NCBI GenBank assembly: GCA_030265395.1
Contig: JARFYF010000104.1
Location: 62,587,799 to 62,651,798, forward strand
Length of the DNA: 64,000 bases
Direction of reading: 5' to 3'
Origin: Rhina ancylostomus
Taxonomy: Eukaryota
Shown: positions 40,601 to 52,600 of the stretch, piece after piece
Layout of the letters: each line of letters begins with the position of its first letter
Numbering within the stretch: the first letter of the stretch is position 1
Notes under the pieces: generated by a model
What the model was told of the DNA's origin: nothing
The model's database searches: none
Seen by the model: only the letters and a program-made list of their open reading frames with translations
Program-made: the position numbers and the translations under genes

Positions 40601-43600
40601 TGGCTCACCCCAGTCTGACCAGTAAACAAACCTTGAAACATAAACAGGAATATCAATTAAAACACTTCAAGATGGTGACCCAAAATTAATGCTGGAGTCA
40701 AACTTTTCCTTAAAAAAAAATCTCAGCATTTGTATTCATGACGATTGGAGGGCTAATATTTATCACTCCAAGTTAAGCAGTTGTTTACAAAGCTTAACAT
40801 TTCTGAAATAAGCACATTTCCGAGTCAGATTTGATACCTCTAGCCTAGAGAAACTCAGGGGTTCATTTCAATCCCACTTATCCTGGACCTGGTCAAAGAA
40901 CTTTATATTTCTAAATGAAGCTTTTAGCTTTAAACTTAACCAGTTAATCACAATCTTTATCATTGTATCTTTAATGACAGACTCACTTCCTAGTTAATTA
41001 GGAGTCTCAATTTTTAAAATAAAGCATTCAGGAATGGTCAAAAGATTTCTCTCAGCCAAAGCTGGAAAAAACTGAAGCCAAAAAGTCAGCTTAGAACAGT
41101 GAACAAAGTTGCCAGTTATCAAAAAAAAAGTCATATGAAGTTAAATATTACCCAGAGAGTGGATTGACAACTATGGAAGTTGGTTCCCTTAGGTCTGTAT
41201 CAAAGAGGATTTTTCTTTTTGTTCCATCAAATTTCACAACAGAGATGGTCTTGGTGCCACTGTCAGTCCAGTAAAGATGCTTATAGATCCAGTCCACAGC
41301 AATTCCCACAGGAACTCCTAGATCTTTGACTATGTTGGATTTATGAACAGAGTTTCCATTTTTATCCATGGACACACTGTTGAGAGTAATTAGGAGTTAG
41401 AAGGGTGCCATTTAGAGCTTATCTATTTAAACATTTTATAATCCATTTCAAGAGCTTTTATCTTTCAAGATCACGAACAGGGGAAGAACACCAGTCTTCT
41501 CAGCTCTGAGCATGGAAAAGCAGGACTGAAGCTAATTTGCCAATATGCAATTTATGCCCAAGAGCAAAATGCTCCTAAAGCTCATGCTTAGAATTATCAT
41601 CATTCACTGATATTTATGGAACAGAACAGCATTCCACATCAGTTTGCAGACGTTGCTCTAGGAAGCAAGTTATCAGGGTAATTAAAGAGAGCATTGTACT
41701 AGGATCAGTTGAGGCTTCTTGCCCAGATCCAACCAGATTGCCAGTTTAAATCCAACAACCAATTTGCCCAAATTAAATGTTCAGACTATACAATAAATAC
41801 CATTGGTTCCAATACACAGTAGCCAGAAATTACACAATATCTATAATGAAATTGTTATTTCATAGATGTAATTCTACATCTATTGCCCCCACCCATTTAC
41901 AATAGGAGGACATGCAGAATGGGTCCATACTGTTCATTTAGAGAATCTAGTGGTTTAGTGCTAATGGCACAATTTGAGCATCAGAAATTTGCACACTTTG
42001 AGACAGCTGTTAAATGCTTTGAAACTTGCAGTCCTCTACAGATTCTTAAACAATGCAATCTGAACATCCAGAAAGTCTCAAGAAAAAGAGTTTGCATATG
42101 GCAGGTTGTTTATTGGAATCCAAGGGACAAATGGAAAATTGGATCCTAAAGTGGCTCAGCAGCAAAATATAATGGCTGATGTTCATTTTGTGATTAGGCT
42201 GTTACTAATGGAGGTCCAAGGCCCAACCTTTTGCCTTCCAATATGCAGCAATAATAATTTAGACTTTAATAGGGGGGCATGATATAGAGCTTGCAAGTGT
42301 TTAAAAAATGGTTGTAGTTAATAGTGAGGAAAGCAGACTGCATGAAGATATAGATGATAGGGACAAAATAAAAGCGGCAAAATGGAAGTTAATCTAGACA
42401 AATGCAAGATTATGCATTGGGGAGGTTCGATAAAGGTAGTCTTCAATAAAGAGGATGGAGTGTTGGAAAGGAGGGGATCAAAAGGACTCTGAGCATACAC
42501 CCCAAGACAAAAGGTGGTAGGATAGGACAAAATACTGGTTGAGGCAGAGAATAAAAGAGCAGGAAATTTATGCTGAAATAGTTTAATTAAAAACTAGATC
42601 ACAGAACTGGTCACATTACAAGCTAGAAGTTACACTGAAGATGCAGGGGAGATCAAGGATACCGCCGGGACTAGAAAATAGTAGCTAGAAAAATCTTAAG
42701 CTAGGGTAGCTTTCAACGGAACAAGGTTTAAACATTTGAGGGAGAACAGTGGAGAATGGGTATAATATTCTGAAGGGATATGAAAATGCAGCAAATTTGG
42801 GTAAGGTAGCATCTGTGGATATGAAATCAAAATTCAGATAGATAGAGGCTGCTAGACTTCTAGCTTCTGTAGGGTTTTTGGCTTTAAACATATGCCCTTT
42901 CATTTTAAAGTAGGTGGTGAGAAAGGAAAGCAAACCATTGTATTCTCTGGACACATTGTGGGATAAAGAGGAGATGATAGAGGCAGAACCTTCATAATAA
43001 AAAGTACAGATCCAAGTAATTTTCAGAGTTGTCACCCATAAGGCTATAGAGCTAGTCCAGAAAGGTGGGATAAGACCGTGATACTTTTCCCTTCCTTCTG
43101 CCCCACACTCCTAACCAGAATGGTCTCATGTCATAATATCCCAATTCTAGAACAAATTGAAACATTTCCTCAAACACTAAATCAATGCAAGTTTACTTCA
43201 AGATAAATGAAGATATTTCAATGAATATCAATACTCAGATGATTATAGTCAAGTCTCAAAAGACTTTACTTTAATTCGCCAAAGTCATACCTAAAAATTG
43301 CTTGCTGTGTTAAGTCAGCCCAGAAGATGGTTGATGTGGCAACGTCAGCATCAAGTGCTACAGCATTTCTCAACCGAGAGACTATCTCTGTGTATTCCAT
43401 TTTGTGCAATCCAATTTTCCTAATATCATGACGGTTAGTGAAAACCAAATAAGGCTCTTTACCTAAAAATAAATCTTAGTTAAGGACATTTTGAAAACAA
43501 GATTTCTAAATTACAATAGCAGCTTCTGCTCCTAGTGACAATTCATTCAAAACCTGGAAAATAATGCTGGCTAACCATTATCTGTTCAAAGCACTCCTTG

Positions 43601-46600
43601 ATCCCCTTCCTAGAGGGTAACTTGGTTTTTAAATAAGCCAATTGAAGTTCTCAGTTTTATCCAAGATATGGTGCCTCATGGCTAAATAACAAGTGTATCA
43701 TCTTAACAAATGCAATTTTAAACTAGGCATCACTTAAAGTTAAAAAAGATAGTTTGAACAGATGTTCTACTTACCCAGTGCCTTGCAAATCCCCTTCACT
43801 GAATCCATGTGGTATCCTTTGTGACACAGGCATTCATAACTCCCCACTCTGTTGATACAAGTTTGACTGCAAGTTCCAGGATTTTGACATTCATCGATGT
43901 CTAGATCAAAATTACCAATATTCATTGTTATCAGCATCAAATAGCAGGAAACAGGTCCTTTAACCCGCCACATCCATGCCAATAAAGCATCTATATTAAT
44001 TTTCATTTTGTATCCTAATTAATGAGCACACCCTCCCTCCCTCCCCCCACCAACCAACTACACAAGAGGGAAATTACAGAATTAACCCAATCTCAGAACA
44101 AAACCAGAGTTTAGGCTATATNNNNNNNNNNNNNNNNNNNNNNNNNNNNNNNNNNNNNNNNNNNNNNNNNNNNNNNNNNNNNNNNNNNNNNNNNNNNNNN
44201 NNNNNNNNNNNNNNNNNNNNNCTTTAAGTATTTCTCATTCTAAGCCATAACAGTAATTAAAATGCATGATGAAAATTTACCTCTGCAGAATTTCTGAAAT
44301 AACTTAAACCCAGGAAGGCATCCACATTTGTAGCCAATGGGAAGATCATGGCAAATATGCGAACATCCACCATTGTTGACTAGACATTCATTCACATCTG
44401 AAAAATGTAGAATTTCAGACTCTATCATTTGAAGCAGCACAAAAAACAGACCAAACAACAGGAAGCTGCACAAGTCTTTTAGTACAAGCTAGATAATCCT
44501 TTTGGAAAAATTTCACTGTGGCACATTGCTTGTGCAGGAACTTAAACTGCTTTGAGGAACAATGAACAGACAAGGGACTTTTAAACAAGGATGCCTGCAT
44601 TCCAACTGAGAAGTAATTATAGGTGACCACATCCCTGACTCAAAACATCAACAATTGCTCCCCCCAACCTAACAGATGCTGCTCAACCCACAAAGTTCCT
44701 CCTGATTGTTTGTTAGTGTATCTATGTGTGTGGAATCATGAGATTAGAGGTCTTAAATGAATACTTCACCTAAATTTACTGTGGAGAAGTTAGCAAATTC
44801 AAGGATGAGAACAGTGATGTCCTGGAGCACATCAATATACAGTAGGTGTTAGTCTTAAAGCACCCACAAAAGGTACGTGAATCTTAAAGGCCTGACTAGG
44901 TGTATCCCAAGACATCGCAGGAAGCTAGGGAAGAAATTGCTGGGGTTCTGGCAGAGGTACTTGTATCAACTTTAGCTATGGGCAAAGTACCAGAGTGCTG
45001 GAGGATGGCTAATATTGTACCTCTAAAGGACTGCAAGGACAAGCCAGGGAACTACAAGCCAGTGAGCCCAAGTGTAGGAAAGTTACTGGAGGGGAGTCAG
45101 ATAGGATCCATTTGGAAATGCAAGGGCTTGTTAGGTATAGTCAGCATGGCTGGCGGGGGGGGGGGGNNNNNNNNNNNNNNNNNNNNNNNNNNNNNNNNNN
45201 NNNNNNNNNNNNNNNNNNNNNNNNNNNNNNNNNNNNNNNNNNNNNNNNNNNNNNNNNNNNNNNNNNGGCTCATGAAATTTGATTTTTTTTTTTAAATTTA
45301 AAAGCTAAGTGTCCAAGAGGATTGATGAGGGCTAGGCATGTAGGCATTGTCTACCTGGACTTTAGCAAAGCCTTTGACAAGATCCTGCATGGGAGGATAG
45401 TCAGGAAGGTTAGATCACATCTAGTGCAAGCTAGCCAATTGAATAGAAAATGTGCCTGGTGATAGGAAGAGGAGGGAGTCAGAAGGTGGCAGTGGAGGGT
45501 CATTTTCCCCAGATTGGAGGCCCTTGACCAATGGTGTGCCTCAGGATTGGTGCTGGGTCCCATTGTGTTATATATTAATGATTTGACTGAGAATCTAGGT
45601 GGCATATAAGTATCTTTTCAGGTTACTGCAAAATTGGTGGTATGGAGGACAAAAATTGCACAAGGTTATAACAGGATCCAGATCAACTGGGAAAGTGAGC
45701 AAAGGAATGGCAGATAGAATTTAACTAAAACAAATAATGTAGTTTGAGAAGTTAAATCAGGGAAGGACAGACAGTGAATGGCAATGCCCTGGGGATTGTT
45801 GTTCAGAGGTATCTAGAGTTACAACTATATAGTTCTGAATGATGACACAGGTAGACAAGGTTTAAAAAAAAGCATATTGTATGCTTGCCTTCATTGGTCA
45901 GGGAATTGATTACAGAATTTGGGATGTCATGTTACAAAATACAGCAAGACCATTTTTTAGAATATTGTGTGCAGTTCTGGTTACCACACTACAGGAAGAA
46001 TACGATTGAGCAAGAAAGTGCAGAAAAGATTCACAAGGGTGTTACCTGAACTGGAGGGCTTGAATTACAAGGAGAGGCTGCGACTCATTTCCCTGGAGGG
46101 AAGGAGGCAGAGGGGTGACCTTAGGTTTATAAAATTATGAGGGGCATAGACAAGGTGAATGGTCAGTCTTTCTCCCCAAGGAGTCCAAAAGTAGAGGGCA
46201 TAAGTTTAAGGTGAGGAGAACAATTTTAAGAGGGGTGAGATGCAAGTTTTAGTCATGCTAAAATTTAACCTAGACTAAATTTTATTCACCTTAAGGAATA
46301 ATGATAGTTCTTTACTTTTAGCTTTTACTGTTTACACTATTGCAGCCACCTGGAGTACAGCATTTAGAATGTCAATCTTGTACAACCCTAGTGCTCACTT
46401 ACTACATTCAGAAGGCTCATCACTCCCATCTCCACAGTCCTGATGGTTGTTGCACACTCTGGTTGCATCTATGCATTCACCACTTTGACATTTGAAGAAA
46501 GATGGCATAGCACACAAAGAATCTGCAAGTGATAAAATGTATCCATTACAATAACACATTTTCTGCAAGTCCTCAAGTGCAAAACACAAAAAACAGTCAC

Positions 46601-49600
46601 TATCCTAGACACATCCCCAATTCATAAAATGCTAGAAATACTGTAACTTAGCAGCATCAGAACAAGTATTTCAGACTAGTCATCTCTTGTCACAACTGTT
46701 TGATGAAAGGTTATTGACCCAAAGCTCTTCTGTACAGATGGTGCTTCACCAGATGTTCCTAGTATCGTTTCCACCATCTGTTTTGCTTTTCAACTTACTG
46801 TTGGAGACATCCAACAAATTAACTGCATTTCTCCCTCAAAGCTCAAGTATCAAAGCCTACTCGAATGTTAGGAACTATATGGCCCAGAGTCTGAACTCAA
46901 GCAAACTTGCATATTAATTGTTGACAAGGGAGTCTGGGATACAAGGCCAACAAGTCCTGCAGTACACAAGCAGCTAGTTTTAATAGTATAAGCATAACAC
47001 ATTTCAACTTCAATGCCAACCTCCAGCAGCATCAATATTTTACCCACCTCCCAAAATAATGGCCAATTTCAGCTGTGCACAAGTGATAATTGCTTTTGCA
47101 CAAACTACATCCTTGAAGAGAATACAACCATCATTTCTGTCAAGATGAAATTTAGATCCATGCAGATTGCCTTCAAAATGGCATCAAAATCAAAGCACCT
47201 CTTTACTCTCTATTCTCATCAGGCTACACAAAGCATCTTTGAATCCCTGCTGTTATCCTTCCATCATGCAAGCCATCCCCTTATTCCAACCCTTTCAAGT
47301 ATCATCCACGTTCAACCTGCAACAACTTGGATGAAAATAGCCTGTTGAGCATATTGTTTATCAAACATTTTAATCTCCATTCTCTGGTAATGCAGCTCAG
47401 ATGTTCACTTTCACCCATAAAGTATCATGCAGTGTTCCAGATCATTGTTCACTCAGCAATGCAAACTAATTCAGTTCCTATTCCATTTCTGCATTTTCGT
47501 GAACTAGTTGGGGGCGAAACGTTAGTTGTTAGTGTTCACATTTGATCCAGAAGAGAAAAAAATCAGAACTTTCATCAGCTTTGGCAATGAGCTCACCTAT
47601 ACTATTGCTGATAATCAGGTGTGACTGACCATTATTCAAACACAAGGCCCATTTGCAAGCCATTTGCCTGTCAAGTCAGACAATGGTCTAAAAGTTCCAT
47701 AATTACAAATCCTCAGTTTATGGCTAAAACCAGCATAAGAATTATTATATTCTTACCATTTTTACAACCAATTTCATCACTTCCATCAGTACAGTCCTTG
47801 TATCCATTACATTTATGGCCTTCAGGGATGCAGGAACCATCACCACATCTGAAATAATCTAGCCGACAAGTCTGCAGCGCTTAAAAGAGACAATGGTCAT
47901 TGACAAGCAACGAATTTAAAAATGTCCATCATCTTTTAACCACCCTCCCCCCTCCACCCCAATAGTCCACTAATCACCTACTGGCNNNNNNNNNNNNNNN
48001 NNNNNNNNNNNNNNNNNNACCACCAACCTCCTATAGCTGCTGCAAGTTACGGACTAGGTAACTATTAGTGAAGGTCCCTTTAAGATAGGGTGAGAGTGTG
48101 GCGTGCTTACATCAGCCAAGTTCCTCCAGCAGGTTGTTTGTTGCTCCAGACTTCTGCAACTGGAACACTTAGAGAGCCAATGCTTACAGAAGCAAAAAAA
48201 TTTTACTTACGGCAGTTGATTTCGTCACTTCCATCCTTGCAATCCCTATCTCCATCACAGTACCAACGGCGATGAATGCATTCTCCTGAATTGCAGAGGA
48301 TCTCATTGGAAAAACAGGTAGGAGGAGGAGAAGGAAGCGTATGGCCACAGCGTTCTACTGATTCATCAGACTTGTCTGTACAGTCAATGTTGTTGTCACA
48401 CAACCAGTTTTCAGGGATACACTCCAAACTACTGCATTGAAACTCATGTAATCCACAGACTGATTGAACACAGCTTTTTTCATCACTTCCATCACCACAA
48501 TCATCTTCACCATTACAAACAAAAGATTTAGAAATGCATCTGCCACTTGAGCAAGTAAATTCCAGAGTACTGCAAGTGGAAATGCCTAGGGAGAACAAAG
48601 TGCTTTGTAAATTTCCTGCTCCTGTAGAGAAAAGTCATCAAGACCCATTCAGAACTGATAACTATAATGCATCTTCATAGAATATTTCAAAGGAGTCATA
48701 CTTTGAAAGGTGTGGGGGAAAAAAATGAAATTCAAGAATAATAGAACAATTTGTAAAGGATAATTGTAGAGTTATTTGAGCAGTAGAAGTGATTTTAAGG
48801 CAACAAACTCAATGACTCTAACAATGTTGGCAACACCACTATTTTTAGTGTTTGTATCAAGTGGCACTTTTGATGGTGTTAGTACTAGTTTTAAAAAGAT
48901 TTAGGCACCAAAATTTAGTCTTTGTGGTGACTGGAGTACTGAGACTTAAAATTGGGAACTGATGTCTTTAATGGAATATAATTTATAGCAGAATATAGAG
49001 GAATTATAGAAATCAACTTTAAGTAATAAAAAGAGCAGATTAATTAGCAAAAAAAAACTTACAGTTCTCCTCATCACCACCATTAGCACAATCCTTTTCA
49101 CCATCACATTTCCAGGAGACAGGAATGCATTGAAGAGATCCAGAACCACAGCTCACCTCATGAATCTCACATGCACTAATATCTAAAAGAACATATACAA
49201 CTGATCCAAAGCCCAAATTTCAGTATTTTAACATTCAAAAATTAGCTTTAAAACATGCAATTAATGTATATGCCAATAATCAAGCCTCAGTTTACAACTT
49301 TAACAAATTTCAAAGTCCCTGCATTAAAACTGCATATTCTGTTCCACTAAAGCACTCATTTTGCTACTCAATTACTAGCCATTCTAAATCTCCAAGCATA
49401 AAAGTTACAAGATGTGTAGACTTTCAAATTGCCTCTGAAGATTAAATTGTTGAAATTCAGATTCAAAATTGAATCAAAATGGAGTGCAAATTAGATAATT
49501 GCCAGATTAAGATTACCTGTTCTACACTGCTGTCCATTCTCCACTTTCATTCCAGATGGACACACACAGGAATACTTCAGAGGGGAAGTACCTTTCAGAG

Positions 49601-52600
49601 GAGCAGGGAGGCACATATATTCACAGCCTCCTTTCAAGGAATCATTGCACCAGTTCTTACCTGCAAAAAAAAAGTTTCCAGATGCAAATTGCCTGGGTGC
49701 AGTAGGTTATACAAGGTATAATGCTTGCACATAATTAAGGTTAAACTTTGCAAATCAGAAGTCCTGCAGCAACTGTTCCACCCAAGTCTTTTTTAGACAA
49801 ACTCAACTCACTGCAAATCACACTGTTAAGCAAATACATTTGCTTCATTTTGGCTACCTTTCACTTGGCAATTTAAATGTAGTTGAAGCCAATGATTTAA
49901 TAAAACCCATCAGATTACAGATTAGTTAGGGATTTAGCTAGTTATTGATCTAGTAGTCAAATCCAGTGATTGGTACAACATCTTGCCAGTTCTTGGAACT
50001 GTTAGAATTTTAAATGGTGAACACTATCAGGAAAGCATAATCTAGTCAAGACTGCCATTAAACTAGTATTGTCAATGCAGCACCAAATCTGACAAGAATG
50101 AAATCCCCCCACCACATTAATTTAATGTACCAATGTTGTTCAATATTTGGCAGCCACAGTTTACTCATGTAATTCAAACTCCCAAAGCACTAGTCCATGG
50201 AATGCAAGTCTCCAGCTAAGACACTGAAAGCAAATGTCAAGTTTGTCAACAATACTAAAAAATATTTGACAGAAGACATGTGACAAGGAAGCAGTCATTC
50301 ACCCATCTTAAAAAAAAGTGGTAGACACTGTGGTAGTGCCTTAGTTGGTACTTTGGAAAGTGAGGCAAAAAAAAATAAATCAAAATCATAGACAACTCAG
50401 ACCACTTACCAAGAGGCTGTATTAACTCATGGTAAATTACAAGATCCTGAGATTTCTGGAGATTAGAAATTAGAACCTGAAGATCTGCTCCTGTGAATTT
50501 GTTGGCTCCATAAATAGTTTCAGTGTCTTCATCAGACCAGAAGACATGATCCTGGAAAAATATTTAAATTTAGTTACTATACTCATTTGTAGAGTCTTCA
50601 ACCAAGTACCTTTCTCTTGTTTAATACACTATGAAATCCACAGTAGAGGATACTTACACGTAAAAAGGTTGCTTGTGAAATTTGTGGCTACTTTTTTTAA
50701 AAAAGCTACAAATGGTATATTTAGTGTATGCAAACACAGTCTTGGGTGTAAATTGAGATACTTCATGTTAAATGGTGAAATTGTTTCTATACTAGAAACC
50801 AGCAGCGGGGTGGGGTGGGGTGATGGGTGGGTAAAGAGGAGAAAGAAAGTGCTAGAAACATTCAGATGTGGCCTGAACTCCTGAGAAAATAAAAATCTCA
50901 GGCCACTGATCTGCAGTGTCTCTCCACAGGCCTGCTAGATGTTTCCTAGTCAGATCAAAAATTTAAAATCCATTCCAGAATTGACAAAGTTTGTCCACAT
51001 GAATGGAAATTAACGTGGACAAATTCGAACAAGTTAAAACAATGGAAAATGAGATAAAGCAACTGAACATTTAAAAATACTTGGAGGTGCAGGGGTAGAC
51101 ACTATTTTCACATGGATAAAGTTCACTTCCCTCCACCAGAAAATGACAATTTGGTCAAATTTATATTGCTCTTAAATCAAGGCTGGTTTTACCCCCAACC
51201 AGCAAAGAAAGAAATTTGAGGGAAATACAAAACATCTTTTAAGTACATGAGCAAAATCAAACTTGGATACATTTACTCAAAACTATTGGTCAAAAGTTGG
51301 TTGTATTAATTCAAATTCCTTCATTTGCCAGCTCGGTGGTATGAAACTAAAAGAAAGAGGACCTGAGTCAATGACTAATTGGCAGCTTCATTTTTGTGAT
51401 AAGTACCTACATGTCAGGGGTTGCACTAATGACATGAAAGTTACAGTGCAATTCTGTGAACAGCTTATTCCAAACTCGGTTTTTTGGGAATTTATAGTAG
51501 TACTTAAACTTGCTTGTAGATAGCTAGAACAAACATTAAATTTCAAAAGCCTTACCTCAAATACTGCAATGCTGTAAGGTTGAGAAAGGAAATCTAGTGA
51601 CAAAAGCACTGTTCTTCTATCCTGTCCATTCAGGCCTACGCTGGATATTGTGTGCAACTTTGAGTCAACCCAATAGAGGCAACTTTTCACAGTGTCTTGG
51701 GAGGAAGAAAATTTAGATTGTAATCCCAAACTAAATTGAAAGTAGAGGATGCTTTTAAAAAGTCATCTTACCAAGTGCAATGCCATTTGGTTTCTGAATC
51801 TCTACATCAACCAGGACCTGTCGATCAACACCATTCATTCCTGCTTTCTCTATCTTTGCTGGTTCACCCCAATCAGACCAGTAAATAAATCTAAAAATAG
51901 TTAAAATCAAGCTTTATGAACATCTCAAAACAATCAAATTCAATGGTTGACCAAAAGTAAATGACAAAAGATAAACCTTGCCAACATGCTGCTAACTAAG
52001 ATTGGTTTGGATTTCTGAAATGAAGCCAGCCCAATTATAAAGCATTACAGTGCTATGAACAAATTCAGAAAACATCCTTCCCACCCACTTTATGCTCAAT
52101 CACAGGAGGATTTCACATTCCTCTCCCTTTGCCCACTACAACCCCATTCTGTTCCAAGTGGCTGTGTTTTCTTGGCCATTTAATTCAGTTCCTGGAGCTG
52201 GGTGCTGCAGGTGAGCATTTCGAAACAGCTAATGCATTAATGACTAATGTTCAATGTTATTTTAAATATACACATCCAATTCCCTTAGAAGCTTTGGTCA
52301 CAATTGTGTTGCCAGGCATGAGAATTCAAAGGCAAGTCAATCTAATTAAAGTACACAACTTAAAATCCCACATGTAGTTAATGGTTAGTCTGCAAATCAC
52401 ATTGAACTATTACATTATGCAAGTCAATGCTTTCTACAAGCCATTAACAAAATAGGATACCCTGATAATGGATCAGCTGCTATAGAGGCTGGTTCTGTCA
52501 TATTGTCATCAAAAAGGGTCTTCCTTTTAGATCCATCCATTGTAGCCACAGATATTGTTTTAGTACCACGATCAGTCCAGTATATGTGCTTGTAGATCCA

